From NCBI RefSeq assembly GCF_006345805.1, contig NC_042999.1, forward strand, positions 43,834,001 through 43,898,000: a stretch of 64,000 bases of DNA. Direction: 5' to 3'. The notes under the pieces were generated by a model. That model searched no databases. It was given only the letters and a program-made list of their open reading frames with translations, and was not told the DNA's origin. The DNA is from Octopus sinensis (Eukaryota). Below are positions 63,640 through 64,000 of the stretch, piece after piece. How positions within the stretch are numbered: position 1 is the first letter of the stretch; each line of letters starts with the position of its first letter. Position numbers and translations under genes: made by a program.

Positions 63640-63828
63640 CAAATTTTGGCTCAAGGCCAGCAGTTTTGGGTTGGGGTTATGTCGATTAAATTAACTTCAG
63701 TCCTCAACTGGTACTTATTTTATCGACCCTGAAAGGAGGAAAGATAAAGGTAACCTCGGCAGAATTTGAACGAAATATCGCTAAGCATTTTGCCCGGCGT
63801 GCTAACGATTGCACCAGCTTGTCGCCTT
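63640..63828 (-). mobile_element. SINE group B (tail 1) with internal deletion
   Basis: AACTGGTACTTATTTTATCGACCC...GCTAACGATTGCACCAGCTTGTCGCC. Confidence 0.8.
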
Positions 63829-64000
63829 ATAACGAGAAGTTAATTTAAATAGCTGTGTTTGCCTCTATTTGTTTCTGCTACATCTACTGAAATAATATCG
63901 GTTCCTCTAGATTTAACAATGCTATTCCGAGCCCATCAACTACAATGAATCACCTTTTCTTTGTCTTGTATAAAATTCTCAATCCAAATAACTTCCCAAA

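Overview
AT-rich, repeat-saturated eukaryotic (animal) DNA with one 100-N gap. The SINE and microsatellite content is most consistent with an octopus or other coleoid cephalopod (inference from recall, not a search). No host protein-coding gene could be supported, and almost all listed ORFs are microsatellite or SINE read-through artefacts. The window contains: (i) about 50 copies or fragments of three tRNA-derived SINE groups, here called A, B and C, with swappable 3' tails; (ii) fossil retroelements: an R4/Dong-like RLE fragment, several RTE 3' ends, and two Penelope-like (PLE) fragments (GIY-YIG plus linker; RT thumb); (iii) fossil DNA transposons: mariner, a Tc1/mariner deletion derivative with TIRs, hAT, a Tc2/pogo-like MITE and a Helentron-like element; (iv) long microsatellites. 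The most striking signal is a dense set of type I hammerhead ribozyme (HHR) motifs: about 12 clear and several degenerate, in at least 7 unrelated flanking-sequence families. Many sit in short fold-back insertions in which an inverted copy of the element's own tail lies head-to-head upstream of the ribozyme. One HHR lies directly 3' of the PLE ORF. PLE-linked minimal HHRs are known in general. The diversity, the non-canonical cores (CCGACGA, CYGUCGA, extra A after A9) and the recurrent fold-back architecture here deserve follow-up. Coordinates were counted by hand and may be off by a few bases.
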